Of a DNA stretch of 64,000 nucleotides, positions 26,706 through 41,202 are shown in pieces. Position numbers and translations under genes: made by a program. Position 1 is the first letter of the stretch. Each line of letters opens with the position of its first letter. The notes beneath the pieces are model-generated. The model was not told the origin of the DNA and searched no databases. It saw only the letters and a list, made by a program, of their open reading frames with translations. The stretch is from Eledone cirrhosa (lineage: Eukaryota), in NCBI GenBank assembly GCA_964016885.1, contig OZ024746.1:102424001-102488000 (forward strand), given 5' to 3'.

Positions 26706-27073
26706 TTCCTTTGACATTTCTTAGAAAAAAGAACTGAAAAAGTTTTGTGAGAACGCCAATGTCTATTTATTTTATTTTATTTTTAATTAAATTAGTTATA
26801 TTTTGAAAGTAGGTTTATAAATATTAATTTTCAATAGACCTTTGTAGCAGTCTTGGTGGCTTAGTGGGAAGTACCAGAGATGGTGAGATCCTTGTCTGTA
26901 AGTTCAATTCTTGCTTGGAGACATGTCTAATGTGTCCTATTAATCTTTTTTTAATTTTCCTTTTACATCTCTTAGAAATAACTGAAAATCTTTGGTGAGA
27001 ACCCCAATGTCTATTTATCTAATATAATTAATTTAATTTAATTTAATTTAATTTTTATTTTAGTGAAACCACT
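26706..27073 (+). repeat. Direct duplicate of 25947-26323 (third arm copy)
   Basis: Both start with (TA)n-ttcctttgacatttcttagaaaaa and run to aaaccactg. Confidence 0.85.
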
Positions 27074-27513
27074 GTTGTATTCAAGAGACCAGGTGGAGGG
27101 GTGGGTCTGCTAGATTCATCGTGGGTAAAGAACGGTGCTATGAACTTTTCTGGGTGGGAAATGACAATGGGCTGGGTATACACATACCACCCCACCACCC
27201 CACCGTAAAGTGGTCGTGGAGGCGCCACGGCAAAAAAGCACCCAGCCCGCTCTGTAAAGCTGACGTGGAGGTGCCACGGAAAAAAAAAAAGCACCCAGCA
27301 CTCACTGCAAACTGGGTTGGCGTCAGGAAGGGCACCCAGCTGTAGAAACCAATCCAGAATCAGCTCCCACCCCACCCTTGCAAGCATGGAAAAGCGGACG
27401 TATGATGAAGTTGATATATATATATATATATTAGTATATATATACACATACATATGTACACATATACACATACATATATATATATATATACACACACATA
27501 TATATCAGTGTAC

Positions 27514-27559
<46 letters not shown>

Positions 27560-28201
27560 GAATATTTATTCAATTTAAAGCGCCAATTATCTATATATAA
27601 CAAGATATGAATTTTTCTAGGGATGGGGAAATTTTCAGTTTGTTTTTATATTTTCACTTCATTTTTTACTTTCTATTTAATACAGTCTTTGATCCAATAT
27701 AATCCTGACAGTATTTGAACCAGTTTACCTCATATATATGTATGCACACACAACACTCAAGTTTCGCCATCTACTGCTATTTCATTCATATTTATTGTTT
27801 AATTAACTCTGGTCTAATTCATCAACTATTGTTAATTATATTATTACGTAGATTTCTTATAAAATCTAGTGCATATATACGTGTATATATACAGGGAGAC
27901 ACTGTGTAATAGATGTAAAGAGAGTGGGAGATAGAGTTATAGAAGTAAAGAGAGGGAGAGAAATAAGCGGTAGATAGAGCAATAGATGTAAAGAGAGGGT
28001 TAGAACGTTCAACTTGACAGTCAGTACATATGCCAACTACCCAACCGGCCAGCCAGCCGTATTTGCGGTTGACTGGCCAGTTGGGCGGTTGGTATGTGGA
28101 ACGTTCAACTATACAGTCAGTACCAAAGTTCAACATTGTAGCCAGTGCATATGCCGATCGCCGCGACCTCTTTGCTCTATTTAAATGACCTGGAACTAAG
28201 T

Positions 28202-28314
28202 AAAAAGAGTAGGAGATAACTCGACAAGAGCGGATAGGGTGAGATTCGAACCATGTAAAGTCGTTGGCTCCTGAACTTCGTAAGCGGGGCTGCTACTGAC
28301 TGAGCAACGCCGGC
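28202..28314 (-). ncRNA. tRNA-like Pol III unit, copy 5
   Basis: As copy 1, with substitutions outside the A and B boxes. Confidence 0.55.
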
Positions 28315-29339
28315 AGCAAGGCAAATCGCGCATAAAATAACGCTTATATCGAGAAAATAAAACAAAAATTTCAATGTTGCACTCTTGTTTGTTGTTCTTT
28401 TATTTTACGTAAACATTTCGCTGCTCTAGCCTCTTATTTCCTATTAGATTACACTTAATTCCATTAAACATTCATTCTTAGTCTCGTGGTAAACTATTTC
28501 ATCTATATTTATATCGCTGTTACAGCCTTTTATTTCTACATCTATCACCTATAGCCACTGTTACGCCGGTAGTATAAGTAGCTTTATAACAAGAAACGAT
28601 GATATAACTCCACAAAATGTCTTCTTGAGCAAGACACTTCACTTCATATTGCTCCAGTACACCGAGTTACACATAGACAGATACATACATACATACACAG
28701 ATAGAAATGAGAGGTAGATAGAGTAAAAGATTTAAAGAGAGTGTGAGAAGTACGAGTTAGATAGTGTAAAAGATTTAAAGAGAGGGTGAGAGTGTGACAC
28801 ACATTTATCTGTCTATCTCTCTCTATTTTAACACCGGTCGTTATAATTAGTTTTATAACACCGCTATATTACCGACATGAAAGAGGTAAATAATTATTTC
28901 TTAAATGTTTAGAACATGTTTCTCTTGTCTTCTTAAATGTATAGAACATGTTTCTTATTTATATTCTTAACATAGCTAGGACCTTATCTCATTTACTGGT
29001 CTCTACTTTTAGGGCTTTGCTGGTCCCATGTGCCCTCCATGAAGACACACTCGCCCCTTCTCTCTCAGTCTCCGTACTAATTACTACACATACGTATATA
29101 TATTTATTTTAAGAAACCTTAATGACAAATAATATAAAGTGTTTGTAAAGTGGGGAAGAGTAGTTTTACGGTGGGGTTATATAGATATCGTTTTTGCAGT
29201 GGGGTCGTGACTGGCGTATAATAATGAGTCACTGTTGATGTATATACAAATCATATTTTGGATATAAGTGAAGTTATTTAAGAGATTTAGTTGTTTTGTA
29301 TACATTCCAGTTGTTGTCTCCCTGTTTCTTCTTCAACAA

Positions 29340-31343
29340 CTATAACGGTACGCGATGGGGCCCACCCACAGCCCCGGCGGACAGAATGGAGAAGGCGTTT
29401 CCCCGGAGCACGGCAAGGGAGACGCGCTGGAAAAGCCACTCCAACTCGCGGGGCTCACACCTGCGACTGGCCAGCTCAGCGCCTATGGTGGTGAGTAAGG
29501 AGGTAGCCCTGGGGTCGAGGACACCAGAAGTCTCCACTTCCAGGGGTACGACCGCAAACCTGTCGGAGAGTGAACGATATGTGAGGAGTTTGGCCCTCTC
29601 AGCCTGACGTGCAGCAGAACCTGGGCCAGTCGCAGACTGCACCAGGTTGCGGCTGCAGAAAGTGTCGGTGCAAGTGGCATCCCAGACGAGGGGTTTGCCA
29701 CCGCGGAACGGGAAGATGGTCATGCCATCTGGCCTTTTGCCGTCCCCTGGAGCTGGGAAGGGAAGCCTGCAGCGTCCAAGCCATGCTTAATGATTTCGTT
29801 GAGGGCAGCATGGCGTGGATTGCGGCTGGCACTGTGGCGACAGGAAAGCGGGTGGAGGCCGAAAGAGTCCATGGTGGAACGGCAGCGACATTGGTGTGAG
29901 GCCGAGCCTCAGGGAAACGCCGATGCGCAAGCTATGGTTGTCTAGCTGCGTGCGAGTGGAGAAGGAGGGCAGGGCATGGAGCCAGGCCCCACTGTGGGGT
30001 TTGGAGGCCGCACGAAAACAAACAAGGCGGTGCTGGTCGAGCTGGCACGTGAGCCTGTCTGAGGCCAGGCTGCACTGGATGGCATCCCAAGTGTGTTGGG
30101 GGGACTTGACGTCAACAGGGGGAGAAGGAGGAGGAACGTCTACTGGGCTAAGTCCCAGCCGGTGCCACGTCTCACAGGCGGCCACGCGTTCTCTGAACAC
30201 AGAGGGTTCTGTTGTGTTTTGAAGAACCCTGCTGAGATGGACGTGGTACGAGGTTACCGACGAAAGATACGCCGGCAAAGCTAGTGAGATCGCGGACTGG
30301 AGGCGAAGGTCGCCATACCTGATAGGTAAAGTTGCATATCTCATCGGCTGCTGCTCGGATACAAGTCTGGGTGTAGCACAGAGTGTATAGAGGAGCTTCG
30401 GCATGGCGTAGCAGTTCCTCAGCAGAAAGAGAACTGGGTGGCCATCAATCAAGCCCAGTCGGCTCGTGAGAGTCTGAACTTGATGGTGGAGCGGATGGCC
30501 GGCGGGTGGATCGGTGAGGGCATCCTCTTTGGGGGTCACCTGAACCTGGCGGAGAATGGACCGCACGTCCAAGACGGAGACTGCAAAGCTTGCAGCATCG
30601 AGGCTGACATTCACCACCTCCGACTTGGCTGAGTTGACCTGGAGGTCGATTCCCGCCAGGGCAGGAACCACCGATTGAAGGTCATGGCAGACCGCCTGTA
30701 CGGGCCCACCCAAAGTAGCATCATCCAGATACCAAACGTTGAGAGGGGCCGTTATACTCCGGGCGATGTGGTCAATACCAAGGGTGAACAGGAGGGGTCC
30801 CAAAGGGTTGCCCTGTTGGATCCCAGTAGCCAAGGGTATGACCGTATCAGCAGCATGTCGCATGCTCGGGGCTCCATATGACAGCTAGGCAGAGGGGGCT
30901 CGGCTGAGGCAGGCCTCGAGCAGATGATCCCAGCGTAAAGAGTTGAAGGCATTCCTCATGTCAAACTTGACAATGAGGTGGCTGGAGTCCCTGGATGCCG
31001 GTTCCGAGTGTTACGGACTTGCAGGTTACCTTGGCAGCCAGCCTCCGGAAGACATTGCCCACAGCAATGGGGCGTATGCCACCCTCTTTCTTCCTGAGAG
31101 CGGTGAAGCTGGCTGAAAAAAAGAGGCCTCGAGCATAAGAGTCCAGGGCGCCATGGATGAGCCTATTGGTGAGCGCCACAATTGCACTCAGAAGGCGGCG
31201 CCCGGCCTCAGCGGAGAGGGGAGATGTCAACTCCTTGAGGAGGCCTGGTCAGAGACCATCAACATCACCGCAGCTGCTAGCTGGGAAGGACCTGATGGCG
31301 GACATGATGTCTGCATCAGAAGCCACAACGAGCAAGTGTGGAT
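29340..31343 (-). mobile_element. CRE-clade retrotransposon, copy 5 (least decayed)
   Basis: 358-aa ORF 29787-30863 runs from the RT into the C-terminal region. Has KKEGGIRPIAVG and KRPDG motifs but is still frameshifted and deleted. Confidence 0.9.
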
Positions 31344-33398
31344 TACAATACAAAACCTCTGAGAATGATTTCTAAGATATTTCACCATAATTAATTTTCA
31401 TCAATATATATTAATATTATTATTGTTTATTAGGTCAGGTGGATTGGCCAGAACAATTCTACTCTTCTTTTTTAGATGTCACGATTTTTCATGGCATTCC
31501 TGAGATCATTAATCTCCAGCTGGAGATCCAGAGACATCTGATATATGTAGGTGAACCTCAGTCATCCCACTAGGGTCTTACTATGTTTAGGTATCCACCA
31601 CAGGAGCCAGCTCATCAGGTCATCCTACCCTCAGCAGCAATGTCCAGCATCTATTGATTTCCGCTCCCTAGTTATTGTGGTAATCTTCGATATCTGGGAA
31701 TATATTTCTTCTGCTTAAGGGAGTAATAAATATATAGTTTTAAAAAAAACATATATATACACACACATATATATATGTTGTCATTTATAAGAGTTCTCTA
31801 TCAAAAGCCTTCTCTATGTCCAAAGCTAAGTATAGTGGCTTATTTTTCTCTAAGAACCTCTTTTGTAGTTGTCTCACTAAGAAGAGGGCATCTGTTGCAC
31901 TTTTCAGCGGCACAAAACCAAACTGCATCTCATACACATACATACATATACATACATACATACATATACACATACATACATACATCATCATCATCATCAT
32001 CATCATCATCATTTCGTTTTAAGTCCGCTTTTTCCCTGCTTGCAAGGGTGGGACGGGAACTGATTCTGGCTTGATTTCTACAGCTGGATGCCCTTCCTAA
32101 CACCAACCTCATTTACAGTGAGTGCTGAGTGCTTTTTTGCCGTGGCACCTCCACGACCACTTTGCAGTGGAATGATATGGACCCCAGTCCCTATCATCTC
32201 ATTTCTACAGCTGAGTAAACTGGAGCAATGTGAAATAAAGTGTCTTGCTCAAGGAAACAACACATCACCCGGTCTGAGAATTGAACTCACAACCTTTCGA
32301 TTGCCAGGCCAATGCTCGAACCACTAAGCCATGTGCCTCCATATACATATACATATACATACACATACATATACATACATATATATATACATACATACAT
32401 ATATACACATACATACATACACATACATACACATATACATACATATATATACATACATACACATACATAGATATATATATATACATAATATAAATATACA
32501 CACATACACATACATAAGCATATACACATAAGTATATATACATATACACACGTATATATACATATACATACATACATATATACACATACATACATATATA
32601 CATACATACACACATATACATACATATATACATATACACATACATACATATACATACATATACACATACATACATATATATATATACATACACACACATA
32701 TATACATACACACACATATATACAAACACATACATATACACATATATACACATACATACACATACATATACATACATATACACATATACACTCATATATA
32801 CATATACATACATACACACACATACATACATATATACATATACATACATAAAGACAAATCCACCTCATGGACGAGAATGCAAGGGCTCCTCCTCTTTGTT
32901 TCGGCCGCGGATGGCTAACCCTAACCCCATCCCCGCTCCCCACTGCTCCCAACCTCCAAACGCAATCCAAAACTTCAGAGTTGGTACCATTAATGTAGGC
33001 ACCTTATAGGGTGGCTCTAACGAGGTTGTAGAAATGCTTGAACGTAAGGAGGTCGATGTTTGTTGTATTCAAGAGACCAGGTGGAGGGGTGGGTCTGCTA
33101 GATTCATCGTGGGTAAAGAACGATGCTATACGCTTTTCTGTGTGGCAAATGACAATGGGCTGGGTATACACATACCACCCCACCGCCCCACCGCAAAGTG
33201 GTCGTGGAGGGGCCGCGGCCAAAAAGCACCCAGCCCACACTGTAAAGCTGACGTGGAGGTGCCACGGAAAAAAAAAAGCACCCAGCACTCACTGCAAACG
33301 GGGTTGGCGTCAGGAAGGGCACCCAGCTGTAGAAACCAATCCAGAATCAGCTCCCACCCCACCCTTGCAAGCATGGAAAAGCGGACGTATGATGAAGT

Positions 33399-33435
<37 letters not shown>

Positions 33436-34166
33436 TATATATATACACATATATATATACACACATATATATCAGTGTACATATATATATATATATATAA
33501 ATGAATATTTATTCAATTTAAAGCGCCAATTATCTATATATAACAAGATATGAATTTTTCTAGGGATGGGGAAATTTTCAGTTTGTTTTTATATTTTCAC
33601 TTCATTTTTTACTTTCTATTTAATACAGTCTTTGATCCAATATAATCCTGACAGTATTTGAACCAGTTTACCTCATATATATGTATGCACACACAACACT
33701 CAAGTTTCGCCATCTACTGCTATTTCATTCATATTTATTGTTTAATTAACTCTGGTCTAATTCATCAACTATTGTTAATTATATTATTACGTAGATTTCT
33801 TATAAAATCTAGTGCATATATACGTGTATATATACAGGGAGACACTGTAATAGATGTAAAGAGAGTGGGAGATAGAGTTATAGAAGTAAAGAGAGGGGGA
33901 GAAATAAGCGGTAGATAGAGTAATAGATGTAAAGAGAGGGTTAGAACGTTCAACTTGACAGTCAGTACAATGTTCAGCATGGTAGCCAGTACATATGCCA
34001 ACTACCCAACCGGCCAGCCAGCCGCATATGCGGTTGACTGGCCAGTTGGGCGGTTGGTATGTGGAACGTTCAACTACGCAGTCAGTACCAAAGTTCAACA
34101 TTGTAGCCAGTGCATATGCCGATCGCCGCGCCCTCTTTGCTCTATTTTAATGACCTGGAACTAAGT

Positions 34167-34279
34167 AAAAAGAGTAGGAGATAACTCGACAAGAGCGGAG
34201 AGGGTGAGATTCGAACCATGTAAAGTCGTTGGCTCCTGAAGTTCGTAAGCGGGGCTGCTACTGACTGAGCAGCGCCGGC
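34167..34279 (-). ncRNA. tRNA-like Pol III unit, copy 6
   Basis: As copy 1. Confidence 0.55.
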
Positions 34280-35274
34280 AGCAAGGCAAATCGCGCATAA
34301 AATAACGCTTATATCGACAAAAAAAAAAAAAAAATTTCAATGTTGCACTCTTGTTTGTTGTTCTTTTATTTTACGTAAACATTTCGCTGCTCTAGCCTCT
34401 TATTTCCTATTAGATTACACTTAATTCCATTAAACATTCATTCTTAGTCTCGTGGTAAACTATTTCATCTATATTTATATCGCTGTTACAGCCTTTTATT
34501 TCTACATCTATCACCTATAGCCACTGTTACGCCGGTAGTATAAGTAGCTTTATAACAAGAAACGATGATATAACTCCACAAAATGTCTTCTTCAGCAAGA
34601 CACTTCACTTCATATTGCTCCAGTACACCGAGTTACACATAGACAGATACATACATACATACACAGATAGAAATGAGAGGTAGATAGAGTAAAAGATTTA
34701 AAGAGAGTGTGAGAAGTACGAGTTAGATAGTGTAAAAGATTTAAAGAGAGGGTGAGAGTGTGACACACATTTATCTGTCTATCTCTCTCTATTTTAACAC
34801 CGGTCGTTATAATTAGTTTTATAACACCGCTATATTACCGACATGAAAGAGGTAAATAATTATTTCTTAAATGTTTAGAACATGTTTCTCTTGTCTTCTT
34901 AAATGTATAGAACATGTTTCTTATTTATATTCTTAACATAGCTAGGACCTTATCTCATTTACTGGTCTCTACTTTTAGGACTTTGCTGGTCCCATGTGCC
35001 CTCCATGAAGACACACTCGCCCCTTCTCTCTCAGTCTCCGTACTAATTACTACACATACGTATATATATTTATTTTAAGAAACCTTAATGACAAATAATA
35101 TAAAGTGTTTGTAAAGTGGGGAAGAGTAGTTTTACGGTGGGGTTGTTATATAGATATCGTTTTTGCAGTGGGGTCGTGACTGGCGTATAATAATGAGTCA
35201 CTGTTGATGTATATACAAATCATGTTTTGGATATAAGTGAAGTTATTTAAGAGATTTAGTTGTTTTGTATACAT

Positions 35275-37240
35275 TCATAACGGTACGCGATGGGACCCAC
35301 CCACAGCCCCGGCGGACAGAATGGAGAAGGCGTTTCCCCGGAGCACGGCAAGGGAGACGCGCTGGAAAAGCCACTCCAACTCGCGGGGCTCACACCTGCG
35401 GCTGGCCAGCTCAGCGCCTATGGTGGTGAGTAAGGAGGTAGCCCTGGGGCCGAGGACACCAGAAGTCTCCACTTCCAGGGGTACGACCGCAAACCTGTCG
35501 GAGAGTGAACGATATGTGAGGAGTTTGGCCCCCTCAGCCTGACGTGCAGCAGAACCTGGGCCAGTCGCAGACTGCACCAGGTTGCGGCTGCAGAAAGTGT
35601 CGGTGCAAGTGGCATCCCAGACGAGGGGTTTGCCACCGCGGAACGGGAAGATGGTCATGCCATCTAGCCTTTTGCCGTCCCCTCGAGCTGGGAAGGGAAG
35701 CCTGCAGCGTCCAAGCCATGCTTAATGACTTCGTTGAGGGCAGCATGGCGTGGATTGCGGGTGGAGGCCGAAAGAGTCCATGGTGGAACGGCAGCGACAT
35801 TGGTGTGAGGCCGAGCCTCAGGGAAACGCCGATGCGCAAGCTATTGTTGTCTAGCTGCGTGCGAGTGGAGAAGGAGGGCAGGGCATGGAGCCAGGCCCCA
35901 CTGTGGGGTTTGGAGGCTGCACGAAAACAAACAAGGCGGTGCTGGTCGAGCTGGCACGTGAGCCTGTCTGAGGCCAGGCTGCACTGGATGGCATCCCAAG
36001 TGTGTTGGGGGGGACTTGACGTCAACAGGGGGAGAAGGAGGAGGAACGTCTACTGGGCTAAGTCCCAGCCGGTCCCACGTCTCACAGGCGGCCACGCGTT
36101 CTCTGAACACAGAGGGTTCTGTTGTGTTTTGAAGAACCCTGCTGAAGAGGACGTGGTACGAGGTTACCGACGAAAGATATGCCGGCAAAGCTAGTGAGAT
36201 CGGGGACTGGAGGCGAAGGCCGCCATACCTGACAGGTAAAGTTGCATATCTCATCGGCTGCTGCTCGGATACAAGTTTAGGTGTAGCACAGAGTGTATAG
36301 AGGAGCTTCGGCATGGCGTAGCAGTTCCTCAGCAGAAAGAGAACTGGGTGGCCATCAATCAAGCCCAGTCGGCTCGTGAGAGTCTGGACTTGATGGAGGA
36401 GCGGATGGCCGGCGGGTGGATCGGTGAGGGGGTCACCTGAACCTGGCGGAGAATGGACCGCACGTCCAAGACGGAGACTGCAAAGCTTGCAGTATCGAGG
36501 CTGACATTCACCACCTCCGACTTGGCTGAGTTGACCTGGAGGTCGATTCCCGCAAGGGCAGGAACCACCGATTGAAGGTCATGGCAGACCGCCTGTACGG
36601 GCCCACCCAAAGTAGCATCATCCAGATACCAAACGTTGAGAGGGGCCGTTATACTCCAGGCGATGTGGTCAATACCAAGGGTGAACAGGAGGGGTCCCAA
36701 AGGGTTGCCCTGTTGGATCCCAGTAGCCAAGGGTATGACCGTATCAGCAGCATGGCGCATGCTTGGGGCTCCATATGACAGGTAGGCAGAGGGGGCTCGG
36801 CTGAGGCAGGCCTCGAGCAGATGATCCCAGCGTAAAGAGTTGAAGGCATTCCTCATGTCAAACTTGACAATGAGGTGGCTGGAGGCCCTGGATGCCGGTT
36901 CCGAGTGTTACGGACTTGCAGATTACCTTGGCAGCCAGCCTCCGGAAGACATTGCCCACAGCAATGGGGCGTATGCCATCCTCTTTCTTCCTGAGAGCGG
37001 TGAGGCTGGCCGAAAAAAAGAGGCCTCGAGCATAAGAGTCCAGGGCGCCATGGATGAGCCTATTGGTGAGCTCCACAATTGCACTCAGAAGGCGGCGCCC
37101 GGCCTCAGCGGAGAGGGGAGATATCAACTCCTTGAGGAGGCCTGGTCAGAGACCATCAACATCTCCGCAGCTGCTAGCTGGGAAGGACCTGATGGCGGAC
37201 ATGATGTCTGCATCAGAAGCCACAAGGAGCAAGTGTGGAT
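35275..37240 (-). mobile_element. Decayed CRE-clade retrotransposon, copy 6
   Basis: Same fragments as copy 1. Confidence 0.88.
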
Positions 37241-39289
37241 TACAATACAAAACCTCTGAGAATGATTTCTAAGATATTTCACCATAATTAATTTTCATCA
37301 ATATATATTAATATTATTATTGTTTATTAGGTCAGGTGGATTGGCCAGAACAATTCTACTCTTCTTTTTTAGATGTCACGATTTTTCATGGCATTCCTGA
37401 GATCATTAATCTCCAGCTGGAGATCCAGAGACATCTGATGTATGTAGGTGAACCTCAGTCATCCCACTTGGCTCTTACTATGTTTAGGTATCAACCACAG
37501 GAGCCAGCTCATCAGGTCATCCTACCCTCAGCAGCAATGTCCAGCATCTATTGATTTCCGCTCCCTAGTTATTGTGGTAATCTTCGATATCTGGGAATAT
37601 ATTTCTTCTGCTTAAGGGAGTAATAAATATATAGTTTAAAAAAAAACATATATATACACACACATATATATATGTTGTCATTTATAAGAGTTCTCTATCA
37701 AAAGCCTTCTCTATGTCCAAAGCTAAGTATAGTGGCTTATTTTTCTCTAAGAACCTCTTTTGTAGTTGTCTCACTAAGAAGAGGGCATCTGTTGCACTTT
37801 TCAGCGGCACAAAACCAAACTGCATCTCATACACATACATACATATACATACATACATACATATACACATACATACATACATACATCATCATCATCATCA
37901 TCATCATTTCGTTTTAAGACCGCTTTTTCCCTGCTTGCAAATGTGGGACGGGAACTGATTCTGGCTTGATTTCTACAGCTGGATGCCCTTCCTAACACCA
38001 ACCTCATTTACAGTGAGTGCTGAGTGCTTTTTTGCCGTGGCACCTCCACGACCACTTTGCAGTGGAATGATATGGACCCCAGTCCCTATCATCTCATTTC
38101 TACAGCTGAGTAAACTGGAGCAATGTGAAATAAAGTGTCTTGCTCAAGGAAACAACACATCACCCGGTCTGAGAATTGAACTCACAACCTTTCGATTGCC
38201 AGGCCAATGCTCGAACCACTAAGCCATGTGCCTCCATATACATATACATATACATACACATACATATACATATACATACATATATATATACATACATACA
38301 TATATACACATACATACATACATACACATACATACACATATACATACATATATATACATACATACACATACATAGATATATATATATACATAATATAAAT
38401 ATACATACATACACATACATAAGCATATACACATAAGTATATATACATATACACACGTATATATACATATACATACATACATATATACACATACATACAT
38501 ATATACATACATACACACATATACATACACATACATACATATACATACATATACACATACATACATATATATATATACGTACACACACATATATACATAC
38601 ACACACATATATACAAACACATACATATACACATATATACACATACATACACATACATATACATACATATACACATATACACTCATATATACATATACAT
38701 ACATACACACACATACATACATATATACATATACATACATAAAGACAAATCCACCTCATGGACGAGAATGCAAGGGCTCCTCCTCTTTGTTTCGGCCGCG
38801 GATGGCTAACCCTAACCCCATCCCCGCTCCCCACCGCTCCCAACCTCCAAACGCAATCCCAAACTTCAGAGTTGGTACCATTAATGTAGGCACCTTATAG
38901 GGTGGCTCTAACGAGGTTGTAGAAATGCTTGAACGTAAGGAGGTCGATGTTTGTTGTATTCAAGAGACCAGGTGGAGGGGTGGGTCTGCTAGATTCATCG
39001 TGGGTAAAGAACGATGCTATAAGCTTTTCTGTGTGGCAAATGACAATGGGCTGGGTATACACATACCACCCCACCACCCCACCGCAAAGTGGTCGTGGAG
39101 GCGCCGCGGCAAAAAAGCACCCAGCCCACACTGTAAAGCTGACGTGGAGGTGCCACGGAAAAAAAAAAGCACCCAGCACTCACTGCAAACGGGGTTGGCG
39201 TCAGGAAGGGCACCCAGCTGTAGAAACCAATCCAGAATCAGCTCCCACCCCACCCTTGCAAGCATGGAAAAGCGGACGTATGATGAAGT

Positions 39290-39350
<61 letters not shown>

Positions 39351-40093
39351 TATATATATACACATATATATATACACACACATATATATCAGTGTACATA
39401 TATATATACATATATATATATATATAAATGAATATTTATTCAATTTAAAGCGCCAATTATCTATATATAACAAGATATGAATTTTTCTAGGGATGGGGAA
39501 ATTTTCAGTTTGTTTTTATATTTTCACTTCATTTTTTACTTTCTATTTAATACAGTCTTTGATCCAATATAATCCTGACAGTATTTGAACCAGTTTACCT
39601 CATATATATGTATGCACACACAACACTCAAGTTTCGCCATCTACTGCTATTTCATTCATATTTATTGTTTAATTAACTCTGGTCTAATTCATCAACTATT
39701 GTTAATTATATTATTACGTAGATTTCTTATAAAATCTAGTGCATATATACGTGTATATATACAGGGAGACACTGTAATAGATGTAAAGAGAGTGGGAGAT
39801 AGAGTTATAGAAGTAAAGAGAGGGGGAGAAATAAGCGGTAGATAGAGTAATAGATGTAAAGAGAGGGTTAGAACGTTCAACTTGACAGTCAGTACAATGT
39901 TCAGCATGGTAGCCAGTACATATGCCAACTACCCAACCGGCCAGCCAGCCGCATATGCGGTTGACTGGCCAGTTGGGCGGTTGGTATGTGGAACGTTCAA
40001 CTACGCAGTCAGTACCAAAGTTCAACATTGTAGCCAGTGCATATGCTGATCGCCGCGCCCTCTTTGCTCTATTTTAATGACCTGGAACTAAGT

Positions 40094-40206
40094 AAAAAGA
40101 GTAGGAGATAACTCGACAAGAGCGGAGAGGGTGAGATTCGAACCATGTAAAGTCGTTGGCTCCTGAAGTTCGTAAGCGGGGCTGCTACTGACTGAGCAGC
40201 GCCGGC
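40094..40206 (-). ncRNA. tRNA-like Pol III unit, copy 7
   Basis: As copy 1. Confidence 0.55.
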
Positions 40207-41202
40207 AGCAAGGCAAATCGCGCATAAAATAACGCTTATATCGACAAAAAAAAAAAAAAAAATTTCAATGTTGCACTCTTGTTTGTTGTTCTTTTATTTT
40301 ACGTAAACATTTCGCTGCTCTAGCCTCTTATTTCCTATTAGATTACACTTAATTCCATTAAACATTCATTCTTAGTCTCGTGGTAAACTATTTCATCTAT
40401 ATTTATATCGCTGTTACAGCCTTTTATTTCTACATCTATCACCTATAGCCACTGTTACGCCGGTAGTATAAGTAGCTTTATAACAAGAAACGGTGATATA
40501 ACTCCACAAAATGTCTTCTTGAGCAAGACACTTCACTTCATATTGCTCCAGTACACCGAGTTACACATAGACAGATACATACATACATACACAGATAGAA
40601 ATGAGAGGTAGATAGAGTAAAAGATTTAAAGAGAGTGTGAGAAGTACGAGTTAGATAGTGTAAAAGATTTAAAGAGAGGGTGAGAGTGTGACACACATTT
40701 ATCTGTCTATCTCTCTCTATTTTAACACCGGTCGTTATAATTAGTTTTATAACACCGCTATATTACCGACATGAAAGAGGTAAATAATTATTTCTTAAAT
40801 GTTTAGAACATGTTTCTCTTGTCTTCTTAAATGTATAGAACATGTTTCTTATTTATATTCTTAACATAGCTAGGACCTTATCTCATTTACTGGTCTCTAC
40901 TTTTAGGACTTTGCTGGTCCCATGTGCCCTCCATGAAGACACACTCGCCCCTTCTCTCTCAGTCTCCGTACTAATTACTACACATACGTATATATATTTA
41001 TTTTAAGAAACCTTAATGACAAATAATATAAAGTGTTTGTAAAGTGGGGAAGAGTAGTTTTACGGTGGGGTTGTTATATAGATATCGTTTTTGCAGTGGG
41101 GTCGTGACTGGCGTATAATAATGAGTCACTGTTGATGTATATACAAATCATGTTTTGGATATAAGTGAAGTTATTTAAGAGATTTTGTTGTTTTGTATAC
41201 AT

